This document shows positions 1 through 8,649 of a stretch of 64,000 nucleotides of DNA, in pieces. Position 1 is the stretch's first letter. Every line of letters starts with the position of its first letter. The position numbers were made by a program, and so were the translations under genes. The DNA comes from Minisyncoccota bacterium (GTDB lineage Bacteria > Patescibacteriota > Microgenomatia > PFEM01 > JAFGMK01), in NCBI GenBank assembly GCA_016927565.1, contig JAFGMK010000008.1, positions 1,115 through 65,114 on the forward strand, written 5' to 3'. The notes under the pieces were generated by a model. The model did no database searches and was not told the origin of the DNA. It was given only the letters and a program-made list of their open reading frames with translations.

Positions 1-166
1 TTTCCAATTCTTCAACTAAAACATGATCAGCCAAGGAATCACTAAAACGATAAATTCTTCTCTTAGTCAAAGCAATTTGAGCTTCAAGCTTTTTTCTTTC
101 TTGTTCTTCTCTGCTTAAAAGTAAACCTGCCCCTTCCGGTAGACGGGTAGGTTGTTCTTTTTGCCC
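1..166 (-). CDS. hypothetical protein, N-terminal 55 codons only (gene continues beyond window start)
   Basis: ATG at 164-166 (minus strand) opens a stop-free frame that runs to the window edge. It starts 18 nt downstream of the kinase gene on the same strand, consistent with operon continuation. Confidence 0.3.
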
Positions 167-184
167 TGACATCTTGTTCCTGTC

Positions 185-955
185 CTACAAGATCTTTAAT
201 TGTCTTAATAATTCGTTATTTTGTTCGGTAAAAATCTTGATTGTATCTTTGCCTAAATTAGGATTATACCTTTGGGACATAATATTGGAATTAATCATCG
301 CCAAAGTAAAAGATTGAAGATAATTTTTAGTCTTGGCCGAGGAAATAGTTTCTACTAGGAAAATGTTTAAATATTTTTTTATGTCCAGAGAGTGCCATCG
401 CCTTTGATAAGTCAACAGTTGAGCTAAATCCGCTAGAAAAAAGGAGGGAACGACATAATCAAAATCAATTAAATAGACTTTCTTTTTTTGAAAAATCCAA
501 TTAGTTGGCTTAGCATCCTTAAAGACTGAACTTTTAAAATTCTTTTTTAATTTATCAATTAATTTTTTCAAAAGCTCTTTCTCTATCACCAGGGAATTAT
601 TTTTAGCGTAAAGAATAATGTTTTTAAAAACCTTTTCCGGATATTTTCTTGCTGCCTCTTGGCTTTGTCTGTCGCTAAAAGCCTTAAAAATCTTAGCCAA
701 TTCCCCAATGCACAAAACCAGCTTTTCTTTTTCAAGATGCTCTGTTTTTTCTCCTTGAATTTTTTCAAAGATAATTTGCCTCTTTGTTTTCTCTATATGT
801 TCTATTTTAGGGACATTAAAACCAGCTTTCTTAAAGATTGGAATATATTTAAGCTCAGTTTCAAAGCGTTTTAAGCTTATATACTTTTTAAGTAAGCAAG
901 GTTTGCGGTTGTAGGTAATTTCCCAAGTTAAATTAAGAGATTCGTCCATTTGCAT
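185..955 (-). CDS. phosphotransferase-family kinase (APH/choline-kinase-like)
   Basis: 256-aa ORF. Catalytic-loop-like D-A-K-P-T-N and Mg-binding 'LIDFDY' motif typical of the aminoglycoside/choline kinase fold. Overlaps the upstream ORF by 23 nt. Confidence 0.6.
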   Translation of the reverse strand: MQMDESLNLTWEITYNRKPCLLKKYISLKRFETELKYIPIFKKAGFNVPKIEHIEKTKRQIIFEKIQGEKTEHLEKEKLVLCIGELAKIFKAFSDRQSQEAARKYPEKVFKNIILYAKNNSLVIEKELLKKLIDKLKKNFKSSVFKDAKPTNWIFQKKKVYLIDFDYVVPSFFLADLAQLLTYQRRWHSLDIKKYLNIFLVETISSAKTKNYLQSFTLAMINSNIMSQRYNPNLGKDTIKIFTEQNNELLRQLKIL

Positions 956-2000
956 CTTTTACTTTTTTTAGCTGTTTAATAATCACTTCTACCTGTTTTT
1001 CAACGGAAAATATTTTTAGCATCTCGAGTTGTTTTTTTAAAATACTTTTTATTTCTTGGTTTACAAGGGAGGTTAACCAGTTAATCTTTTTAACAATGTT
1101 TTCACTTGACCCAACTACTAATTCCGGCAGGATTATTTTTTCTTTTTGGTAATATTCTTCCGGCACCAGGGGGAGACAAAGTCCCCATAAGCTTTCAAAA
1201 AGCCGCTGGGTATACTGGCCGGATTGATAATATCTATCGGGAGCAATTAGTATAGTTAAGAAAGAATTCAGATAGACAGAGCAGACTTTGTTATACCCAA
1301 TTCGTCCCATAAAATTTAAGTTTTTACACTTATCGGGAAAATTTTTCCATTTTCCGTAAATAAAAACGGTGGAGTTAAGTAATTTTGTTGAATCGATATA
1401 GTATTTCTTGAAAGTCTCATCACGTTCGTAACGATTGCCAATATAAACAAGTTTGTTTTTTTTATTTTCTTTTGAATATCTATCCAAACTTCTGATCGCC
1501 TTTTGGACTTTGTCGTCATCGACGGGAAACAAAAGCTTTACTCTTCCCGGCCTTGGTTTAAGAGCGGCTTCAAAGATAACAACATTTCCTGGGAAAATTT
1601 TTTTTTCTAGTTTCTGATCTTTATCCCAAATCAGAATCGGAATTCTTTGGGTTTGATAATGCTTTAATAATTCATTCTGTCTATCCAAATCAGGTGTATA
1701 TTCAGTGCTTTTTTTATCAACTTGACAGTTTCTGCCTGGAATTGGCCAGCGATACTCCAGGAATAAAGCGTCTATGTCGGGCAAGTCCTCTCGGAAGGAT
1801 AGATAAGAACTGGAAAAATCATCGCCTGCTTCAATCAGGTCACGATTTTTCTGAAGCATATATATCGAAAAATTCCGTTTGATTAGCTCTTTTAATAAAA
1901 CCAGCCGATGACTTCTGCCTCCGTCGGGCGTATCAACAACTCCTTTGCCCAAAAACCCCCAACAACTGTAGCCTAGCTTAATTTTTCTTGGAGACGACAT
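933..2000 (-). CDS. hypothetical protein (operon member, function unknown)
   Basis: 355-aa ORF overlapping both neighbours by 23 nt, suggesting translational coupling. No diagnostic motif recognised. Confidence 0.5.
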   Translation of the reverse strand: MSSPRKIKLGYSCWGFLGKGVVDTPDGGRSHRLVLLKELIKRNFSIYMLQKNRDLIEAGDDFSSSYLSFREDLPDIDALFLEYRWPIPGRNCQVDKKSTEYTPDLDRQNELLKHYQTQRIPILIWDKDQKLEKKIFPGNVVIFEAALKPRPGRVKLLFPVDDDKVQKAIRSLDRYSKENKKNKLVYIGNRYERDETFKKYYIDSTKLLNSTVFIYGKWKNFPDKCKNLNFMGRIGYNKVCSVYLNSFLTILIAPDRYYQSGQYTQRLFESLWGLCLPLVPEEYYQKEKIILPELVVGSSENIVKKINWLTSLVNQEIKSILKKQLEMLKIFSVEKQVEVIIKQLKKVKDANGRIS

Positions 2001-2796
2001 AAATAACCTCGATATATTTATCTATAAAAAGATCACATTTTTTAAGTTTGTTTTTCCATTTCACAAGATAAACTTCTTGAGCTTTTTCTTTTAAATTGGA
2101 AATTAAGTTATATCTTTTAGTGGATAGGATGTATCGCAAAAGATCTTTAAAATTATCAGTAATAATTTGCGTTTCCAAGATATAGCTTTTGACTGAAAAC
2201 GAAGTTGTTGGAAAATTTTTTAATAAAATTTTTCTGGCGTTTTCCAGGCAGAAATGTTCTTCGTCACGAACATTTTTAACACTGTTTGTTAATTCCATCT
2301 CTTTGATAATTTTTGAAAAAAGTGATTCTAATTTGGGAAAAGTAAATTTAGATTTAGTAGTAATTAAGATTTTTCCCTGTTGGTTTAAAGTCATTTTTAG
2401 CTGTTTAAAAAAGAGTTTAAGATCCTTAACGTGATAGAGCATATGCATACAAAAAATATAGTCAAATTTTTGAGCGTATTTTGGAAAATTAACACCATCA
2501 TACAAACCATAGTCCAAGAAGTTTAAAATTTTGCAGGAAGAATTTTCGCAGATGTCTAAAGCGTGAAAGCTGTTGTTTGGGTAGACCGAATAAAGCTTTT
2601 TTAAAAAAGAGCAGTTTCCGCAGCCAATATCTAAAATTTGTTTGTTTTTTAGTTCGGGAAGGATTTTTAATAGGATATCTCTGATTGAATACTTTCTGTT
2701 TGAGTACTTTTTTAAAAAATTCCCCCGGAACTTGATTAAATTTTGGCTGCGGTAAAGTTTTTTTAAGTTTTTCGGGTTTTGAAAATTAAAAGCCAT
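1978..2796 (-). CDS. class I SAM-dependent methyltransferase
   Basis: 272 aa. Motif I 'ILDIGCGNCSFL' (glycine-rich SAM-binding loop) and typical methyltransferase length. Start overlaps the stop of the carbamoyltransferase. Confidence 0.65.
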   Translation of the reverse strand: MAFNFQNPKNLKKLYRSQNLIKFRGNFLKKYSNRKYSIRDILLKILPELKNKQILDIGCGNCSFLKKLYSVYPNNSFHALDICENSSCKILNFLDYGLYDGVNFPKYAQKFDYIFCMHMLYHVKDLKLFFKQLKMTLNQQGKILITTKSKFTFPKLESLFSKIIKEMELTNSVKNVRDEEHFCLENARKILLKNFPTTSFSVKSYILETQIITDNFKDLLRYILSTKRYNLISNLKEKAQEVYLVKWKNKLKKCDLFIDKYIEVIYVVSKKN

Positions 2797-4514
2797 TACT
2801 TTGATACCAGAATATTTTCATCGAGTAATAAATAATCTAAGCCGGAAGCGTAGAAAGTGGACAAAGCCTCCCTTGGGGTACGGCAAATAGGGTAGCCACG
2901 GAGATTAAAAGAAGTATTCAAAATAATCGGTATGCCCGTTATTTTGGCAAATGATTGAATGATGCTTTCAATAAAAGGATCTTCGTTCTTCTTTAGAATT
3001 TGGATTCTGCAAGTATTGTCAACGTGGGTCAACGCCCTCATTTTTGGCCTCCATTTTGGTTTTACCTTGTAGACAAAAGACATATATTTTCCCCCAATAT
3101 ACTCATTCTTATAATCGAGAACCCTTTTGACATCCTTATCAAGAATTATCCCGCCATAGGGTCTAAAATTTTCCCTATATTTGATGCAATTATTCAAATG
3201 GTCTTTCATTTGTTTTTTTTCGGGATTGGCAAGAATACTTCTGTGACCCAAGGCGCGGGGACCGCATTCCATTTCTCTTCTAAAAACAGCAATCACTTTT
3301 CCTTGGGCTAGTACTTTAGCGACAAATTCTGTGGGGTTATTTATTTCCCGATACTTAATTTGGTTATTTTTTAAAATGGTTTTAACTTCATTTTTGGAAA
3401 AATTTTCTCCCAAAAAAGCACTTTCTGTGAAATTAGGCAAACAATTGTTCACCTGATAGTAGAAATAAAGAGCTGAGCCCAAACTGCAGCCTGCATCGTT
3501 GGGAATAGGTGGTATAAAGATTTTCTTTTTGGGGAAGAGGTTACTTATTTTGCCGTTGGCAACACTGTTTTGGCCAACTCCTCCAGTTAAAACAACATTC
3601 TGATCTTTTATACTAGCTACTTGACGGCAGATAATTTTTTCAACTATGCGCTGGAGAGCATAAACTAAATCGTAATGTTGTTGTTTAAAACTTTCGTTGG
3701 ATTTTCGGAAGGGGCCAAATTTTTTTATAAATTCGTCTGTCAGCCTTTGCCCTTTTGGCTGAAAACTTCTTTCTAAAACCAGATTATCCTTTAATTTGAA
3801 TTTTCCGTTATCTAAAAATTCTACTGAATTAAGAAAATATTTCAGGTATCTTTCTTTCCCAAAACCCGCTAATGCCATTATTTTGCCATCATCACTTCCT
3901 CTTTTATAACCTAAGAGTTCAGTGATCGCTCCGTAAAGGTAGCCGATTGAATGTGGGTCTTTTTGTTCAAAGACTTTTTCTACTAATAATCTCTTTTTGC
4001 TTCTTGAAAATCTTAAGGCGAGACTGCAAATATCTTCGCCAACACTGTCATTAGAAATAACGACACAATTGTTAAAATTTGAGGCGTAATATCCATACCA
4101 AGCGTGAGCCAAGTGATGGTCAACCGGATGGATTTTTAAATGATCTTTTTTAAGAATTCTTTTAATTGAGCGGATTTTATTGGTAAAACTTAAAAGCCAT
4201 ACTAATTCGTAGTAAAATCTTTTTCTTTTAAATACGGAGGGATCTTTTAGCCAAAAAAGAGGGTTACTATGTTTAAGATAGCTTTTGAAACAACGGAGTG
4301 GGTTAAAATAAAAAGTGACATCGGTTATATCCTGGCTTGATATTTTCCCTTTTTGAAGGCAATAGTTAATTGCTCCCGTTGGAAAGTTGCCAGTGTGTTT
4401 TACATGATTAAATCTTTCTTCTTCAGAGAAAGCAACAATTTTATCGTTTAATATCAGGCAGGCGGAGGCATCATGATTAAAGGCGGTTATTCCTAAAATT
4501 ACTTTTTTGCTCAT
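2796..4514 (-). CDS. carbamoyltransferase (NodU/CmcH/TobZ family)
   Basis: 572 aa. N-terminal 'ILGITAFNHDASACLI...EEERF' signature of the NodU/CmcH carbamoyltransferase (Kae1-like) N-domain, followed by a C-terminal carbamoyltransferase-like region. Confidence 0.8.
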   Translation of the reverse strand: MSKKVILGITAFNHDASACLILNDKIVAFSEEERFNHVKHTGNFPTGAINYCLQKGKISSQDITDVTFYFNPLRCFKSYLKHSNPLFWLKDPSVFKRKRFYYELVWLLSFTNKIRSIKRILKKDHLKIHPVDHHLAHAWYGYYASNFNNCVVISNDSVGEDICSLALRFSRSKKRLLVEKVFEQKDPHSIGYLYGAITELLGYKRGSDDGKIMALAGFGKERYLKYFLNSVEFLDNGKFKLKDNLVLERSFQPKGQRLTDEFIKKFGPFRKSNESFKQQHYDLVYALQRIVEKIICRQVASIKDQNVVLTGGVGQNSVANGKISNLFPKKKIFIPPIPNDAGCSLGSALYFYYQVNNCLPNFTESAFLGENFSKNEVKTILKNNQIKYREINNPTEFVAKVLAQGKVIAVFRREMECGPRALGHRSILANPEKKQMKDHLNNCIKYRENFRPYGGIILDKDVKRVLDYKNEYIGGKYMSFVYKVKPKWRPKMRALTHVDNTCRIQILKKNEDPFIESIIQSFAKITGIPIILNTSFNLRGYPICRTPREALSTFYASGLDYLLLDENILVSK

Positions 4515-4580
4515 AAAAATATAGATTTATTTTAGGTTGGTTTCCCAAAATTGTTTTATTATATCATTGGTTAGTTATTT

Positions 4581-5048
4581 TTGGCCGAGTTTGAAATGGA
4601 TATGAAATTAAAATATCCCTATTTACCCAGGGGGAGAAAAATTTTATACGCTTCGGCCGATAATCCTTTTATGAAGGAAGCGACTGAAGTGAAGAAAAGT
4701 TGCCCCTGTCTCAAGCAGCCTTCTGGTGCTGTTGTGGTCAAAGATGGGAAGATTATTGGTCAGGGTAAAAATGCTACTAGAAAAGTAGAAGTTTGCCCCA
4801 GGAATAAACAAGGATATGGTACAGGTAAGGGATATCATCTTTGCCGGGAAATTTGTGGCCAAGAAGCTCACACTGAAATAGCAGCCATAAAAGATGCTCA
4901 AAGACAAGGTTTTGACACAAGGGGTGCTGATCTTTATTTAGATGGTCATTGGTGTTGTTGTAAGAATTGCTGGGACGTGATGATTGGAGCAGGGATAAGA
5001 AATGTTTATTTAAGGAAAAATGCTCATTTCTTGTACAGGAAATCTTAA
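4581..5048 (+). CDS. cytidine/deoxycytidylate deaminase-family zinc-binding protein
   Basis: 155 aa. 'HTE' (H-x-E) followed about 30 residues later by 'CCCKNC' (PC-x-x-C-like) zinc ligand arrangement of the CDA fold. Confidence 0.55.
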   Translation: MAEFEMDMKLKYPYLPRGRKILYASADNPFMKEATEVKKSCPCLKQPSGAVVVKDGKIIGQGKNATRKVEVCPRNKQGYGTGKGYHLCREICGQEAHTEIAAIKDAQRQGFDTRGADLYLDGHWCCCKNCWDVMIGAGIRNVYLRKNAHFLYRKS

Positions 5049-5097
5049 GTATATCAAACTATATCAGCCTAAAAATAAGACACTCATTTTTTTATAC

Positions 5098-5192
5098 TGT
5101 CTCATTTGTCTCACTTCGCTTCGCTCAGTGTAAACATTTACGCTTGAGTTATAATGACTAAAAGGTTCAAGACCACGCTGCTCAGCACACCT
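5098..5192 (+). repeat. conserved ~95-nt non-coding element, copy A (contains a TATAAT-like box), immediately 5' of a GNAT gene
   Basis: Near-identical blocks shared with 13750-13862: 'CATTTGTCTCACTTCG', 'CTTCGCTCAGTGT', 'AACATTTA', 'GAGTTATAATGACTAAAAGGT', 'AGACC..CTGCTCA'. Confidence 0.55.
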
Positions 5193-5228
5193 TCGGATTT
5201 CTTTGGAATTTTGCTACAATTTTTATAT

Positions 5229-5744
5229 ATGATATCGATCCGACAAGAAAAACCAGAGGATTATCAAAGTATTTATAGTATCAACAAGTTTGCGTTTGAT
5301 AGTGAAGTTGAGGCAAAATTAGTCAATAATCTGCGTAAAACTAAAGGGTTTATTCCTAATCTTTCTCTAGTTGCTGTAAAAGATAGTAGGGTAGTTGGTC
5401 ATATCTTATTTAGTGTTATCCATATTCAAACGGATACTAATTATGTTCCAGCTTTAGCCCTGGCACCAATGGCAGTATTACCAGAATACCAAAGACAAGG
5501 AATCGGGTCACAGCTTATTCGTGAGGGTATAAAAAAATGCAAAGAATTAGGGCATAAAATAATTATTATTGTTGGACACCCCAATTATTACCCCCGTTTT
5601 GGATTTTCTCCTGCAGTTGAAAAAGGATTGAAACTACCTTTTGAAGCACCAGAGGAAGCATTTATGGTGTATGAGATTATTCCTCAAGCGCTTAAAGACA
5701 TAACAGGGATGGTGGTATATCCACCTGAATTTGCGGAAGTATAG
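5229..5744 (+). CDS. GNAT family N-acetyltransferase
   Basis: About 171 aa from ATG 5229 (MISIRQ...). Motif A 'QRQGIGSQLIREGI' (Q/R-x-x-G-x-G/A) is typical of GNAT acetyl-CoA binding. The longer ORF from 5154 would read through the conserved upstream element. Confidence 0.75.
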   Translation: MISIRQEKPEDYQSIYSINKFAFDSEVEAKLVNNLRKTKGFIPNLSLVAVKDSRVVGHILFSVIHIQTDTNYVPALALAPMAVLPEYQRQGIGSQLIREGIKKCKELGHKIIIIVGHPNYYPRFGFSPAVEKGLKLPFEAPEEAFMVYEIIPQALKDITGMVVYPPEFAEV

Positions 5745-5754
5745 CTTATAAAAT

Positions 5755-5785
5755 AAGTTCGAATAGCGTCTATGTTTGCCAGCGC
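5755..5785 (+). repeat. conserved ~30-nt 3' flank of GNAT gene, copy A
   Basis: 'GTTCGAATAGCGTCTATGTTTGCCAGCG' matches 14492-14520 ('ATTTCGAATAGCGCTTATACTCGCCAGCC'). Both lie 14-26 nt after the GNAT stop codons. Confidence 0.45.
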
Positions 5786-5866
5786 GATCTTTGAGGTTCT
5801 GGGCAACCGAGGTTTCTAAGTAGCTTGATTTAGCTTGTAAGAAGCAATTGTTCTTTTAAGCGTTTT

Positions 5867-6325
5867 TTGAATCAAATGGTTTTTAAAGTTGAAATCACAG
5901 CCAATGAAGTAGCTTGGTATGGTGCAATAGTTGCAACTGTTAGTATGGCTGTTTCTTTGCTCAATCATCTTCGTGATAAAGCAACAATAAAATTAAAGGT
6001 ATCTAAAGTCTTCTTTGCTTATCGTAGTGGCCTAGATAAAAGTCTTAAATTAATGGCAAAAGCAGTCAACACGGGCAGAAGACCTATTACCATTACAAGC
6101 GTAGGATTTTCCCTATCTAATAAAAGAGATATTGTTATAACTAACGATAATATTATTCCCAATTTACCTGCTAAATTAGCTGAAGGCGAACAGCTTCAAT
6201 TTTGGGTAGAAGAAAATAAATTACTATCTCTTTTAAAAAAGAGTAAAACTGAGTTGAATTGTGCATGGTGTCAAGATGCTGCTGGTAAATTATATAAAAA
6301 GAAATATAGGATTAAACCTGAATAG
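5867..6325 (+). CDS. hypothetical protein
   Basis: 152-aa ORF with plausible spacing. No motif recognised. Confidence 0.4.
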   Translation: MNQMVFKVEITANEVAWYGAIVATVSMAVSLLNHLRDKATIKLKVSKVFFAYRSGLDKSLKLMAKAVNTGRRPITITSVGFSLSNKRDIVITNDNIIPNLPAKLAEGEQLQFWVEENKLLSLLKKSKTELNCAWCQDAAGKLYKKKYRIKPE

Positions 6326-6337
6326 ATTTTAAGAGCC

Positions 6338-6812
6338 ACAACCTTCAAGGTACTTTTTCCCTTTGTACCTCGGTATAAAGTCTACTAGAATGGATATGTG
6401 CCCGGCAGAAAAACGATTATAGCAACTGGTCAAATTTATCATCTCTTTAATCGCGGTAGTTCTTTTCAACCAGTTTTTTAAATGTTTTTGATTGCCGCCG
6501 CTTTTTAAAAACGATTAATTTTTACCGTTTTTCTTCTCGCTCAATTAAAAAAGAAAGAACTAATTTCAATCTTTTCTTTCTGTTTAATGCCTAACCATTA
6601 TCATCTCCCGGTCAGACAAGAAAAAGAAAACGCTATTTCAAAATTTATGTCTCAAGTCCAAAATAGCGATACTAAATATTCAATATTAAGAGAAAAAAAT
6701 AAAAAAGACTATCAAGAATTCATTTTTAATCAGGCAGACTATCAACGAAAATTAGAAAAGATTAAACACTTAACTTGGGAAAACTAAACCCCAAGGTATA
6801 CCCTGAAGGTTG
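6338..6812 (+). mobile_element. degraded HUH (RAYT/IS200-like, COG1943-type) transposase element with flanking inverted repeats
   Basis: Inverted repeats 'ACAACCTTCAAGGTA' (6338-6352) and 'TACCCTGAAGGTTGT' (6798-6812). The internal gene is broken (see pseudogene feature). Confidence 0.45.
6421..6787 (+). pseudogene. HUH tyrosine transposase (RAYT-like) pseudogene, frameshifted
   Basis: Frame fragment 'ATGQIYHLFNRGSSFQPVF' (G-x-YH-x-x-x-RG motif) ends in a stop. About 50 codons downstream a second frame carries 'NHYHLPV' (HxH motif) and runs as a 66-aa ORF (6587-6787). The spacing matches intact RAYTs, but the frames are interrupted by stops. Confidence 0.5.
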
Positions 6813-6870
6813 TATCTAAGGTTATATCTATCCGGGTCAGGTAGCTTTTGATAATATTGCTATAGAGTAA

Positions 6871-7578
6871 ATGAAATCAAAAATTTATATAGGCAGAGAC
6901 CAAAAGAATGATAAAGTGTTTTTGGATCTAAACAAGGAAAAAATTTATAGCATTCTCCTTGCGGGTCTGTCCGGTTCCGGAAAAAGCATCTTTCACTTTA
7001 GCCTTTATCACCAGCTTCTTCAACAAAATACTCCAGTTGAGCTTGGCTTTGTGTTCTTTGATATGACTAAAGTAGATTTTGCTAAGTTTCCCTATCCAGC
7101 CTATTTGTATAAACCTATAATTAAGTCTTTAGATGAAGCTTTAGATTGTTTTGAAGAGCTTGGAAAAGAAAGTAAGCTGCGGTGTCAAGGCAAGGTCGAC
7201 CGCCGAAGATCCATTCTAATCCACATCGAAGAGTGTGATCTAATGTATTATGACCGAAAACGGTTTGAGCAGGCTTGGATTGATATTGCCTCTGGTAAAG
7301 ATAAAAACAACATCTATGTAGTATTTTCTTCCAGTCGCTGCTGCCCTGAGGTCTTCACCAGAACTATTCTTAATAATGTAGACCTTAAGATACTTTTTTC
7401 TCCTGGAGGGTCAGGTTTTGATAAGTCTTTATACGACGAATGTTCGCTTTATTTGTTTAGTAAGAGATTTAAAAATACCCCTAGAGAGTGGCAAAGAGTG
7501 TTGATGACAGATCAGAGAGAAATTTTGTGCCAAGGTTATTCGGAAGAAGAAGTTAAGGAAGTTAAAAGCATATTTTAA
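6871..7578 (+). CDS. compact FtsK/SpoIIIE-like P-loop ATPase
   Basis: 235 aa. Walker A 'LLAGLSGSGKS', Walker B-like 'ILIHIEECDLMY', 'YVVFSSSR' (equivalent to FtsK 'VLATQRPS'), and an order of motifs colinear with the FtsK motor domain. Confidence 0.6.
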   Translation: MKSKIYIGRDQKNDKVFLDLNKEKIYSILLAGLSGSGKSIFHFSLYHQLLQQNTPVELGFVFFDMTKVDFAKFPYPAYLYKPIIKSLDEALDCFEELGKESKLRCQGKVDRRRSILIHIEECDLMYYDRKRFEQAWIDIASGKDKNNIYVVFSSSRCCPEVFTRTILNNVDLKILFSPGGSGFDKSLYDECSLYLFSKRFKNTPREWQRVLMTDQREILCQGYSEEEVKEVKSIF

Positions 7579-7671
7579 ATTGAAAGAGGTAGAAATTTAA
7601 GGAAAAAAGTAAGAAAAGATGCAAAATAGAAAATCAACAAATTTATCTTTAAGTCAGTCTGGAGTATAAAA

Positions 7672-8619
7672 ATGGGATTTCTTGGTAATTTTTTCGGACC
7701 GGATATAAAAAAACTCTTAGAAGACGAACAGTACGAGAAAATCAGGAAACTTGCTCTTAAAGACGAAAGAGTCGTGCCTCGGCTTATTGCTCAACTGGAA
7801 TCAAAAAACTCACAAATGGTAGCGCGAGCGGCCAACCTTTTGGGAGAGATAAATGACCCAAGAGCCCTGCCGGCACTGGATCGTGTGGTTGGAGAAAAAA
7901 GCATTGATGATACGCATGTGTCGGCCACACTAGGGAGAATGAGCCTCTCTCTTCCTGGCTCTTTTCCGCAATATTCGGCCAGGAAGTATATTGATAAAGC
8001 AGCTTTCGCTGCAGCCAAGAAGGCACTTTCTAAAATAATTCACGGTGATGAAAAACCTTTAGTTCTTGCGTTGAAAGATAAAAATACAGCGGTTAGGGCA
8101 AAAGCGGCAGAAGCATTAGGTACTAGTCATCCTAGCGAGTATGCAATTCAACCTCTAATTGCTGTTTCAAACCAAGACGGAGATTTGCGTGTCCGAAGAA
8201 AAGCAAGATTGGCCCTAATGAAAATAGGCAAGCCGGCAGTTCAGTTTTTGGTTATTGCCTTAGGAGACAAGAATCCACTCTATAGAAGACAAACGGCATG
8301 GACTTTATACTGGTTGTGGGATCGGCATAAGGTTGAACGGGCAGCTGAAGCATTTCTTGAAGCTTTGGATAAAAAAGATATCTCAGTGGTAGCCGGGGCT
8401 TATGGTTTTTTTATCTTGCGAGGTGAAGTTGGCACAGAACCTATCCTTATTAAGGCTCTTGAAAACCACGGGCATCCGGAGATGGCTGAGCATTTCATAA
8501 ATTGTGGGAATACTCAATTAGAAGAAGCTGGAGAAAATTGGTCTGCCAGTCATGGTTTTCAGGTTAGATCTTCTCATTTTGGCGGAGGTCCCAAGTGGGG
8601 AGCCGGAAGAGAAGAGTAA
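7672..8619 (+). CDS. HEAT-repeat (PBS lyase HEAT-like) protein
   Basis: 315 aa. Repeated 'VR..AA.ALG.I.DPRA...L' units (e.g. 'ARAANLLGEINDPRALPAL', 'VRAKAAEALG', 'VRRKARLALMKIG'). Confidence 0.65.
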   Translation: MGFLGNFFGPDIKKLLEDEQYEKIRKLALKDERVVPRLIAQLESKNSQMVARAANLLGEINDPRALPALDRVVGEKSIDDTHVSATLGRMSLSLPGSFPQYSARKYIDKAAFAAAKKALSKIIHGDEKPLVLALKDKNTAVRAKAAEALGTSHPSEYAIQPLIAVSNQDGDLRVRRKARLALMKIGKPAVQFLVIALGDKNPLYRRQTAWTLYWLWDRHKVERAAEAFLEALDKKDISVVAGAYGFFILRGEVGTEPILIKALENHGHPEMAEHFINCGNTQLEEAGENWSASHGFQVRSSHFGGGPKWGAGREE

Positions 8620-8649
8620 GCACAAAGCAGTAATTTAGTTTATTCTCTA

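Noticed and set aside
3000-3311. 103-aa plus-strand ORF inside the carbamoyltransferase gene (similar cases: 586-768, 659-874, 1316-1519, 2189-2434, 4644-4907)
   Set aside because: Embedded antisense or alternate frames of confidently called genes. AT-rich DNA spawns spurious ORFs.
5150-5180. tRNA-like T-arm impression (GGTTCAAGACC) inside the repeated element
   Set aside because: No complementary stem, no TTCRANY loop context, no acceptor or anticodon arms.
5154-5228. Upstream extension of the first GNAT ORF from ATG 5154 (MTKRFKTT...)
   Set aside because: This stretch is part of the conserved non-coding element shared with 13830-13860, where it is not in frame with any gene. The GNAT domain starts at ATG 5229.
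7784-8026. Two overlapping 75-80-aa minus-strand ORFs inside the HEAT-repeat gene
   Set aside because: Antisense to a gene with clear repeat signatures. No RBS or motifs.
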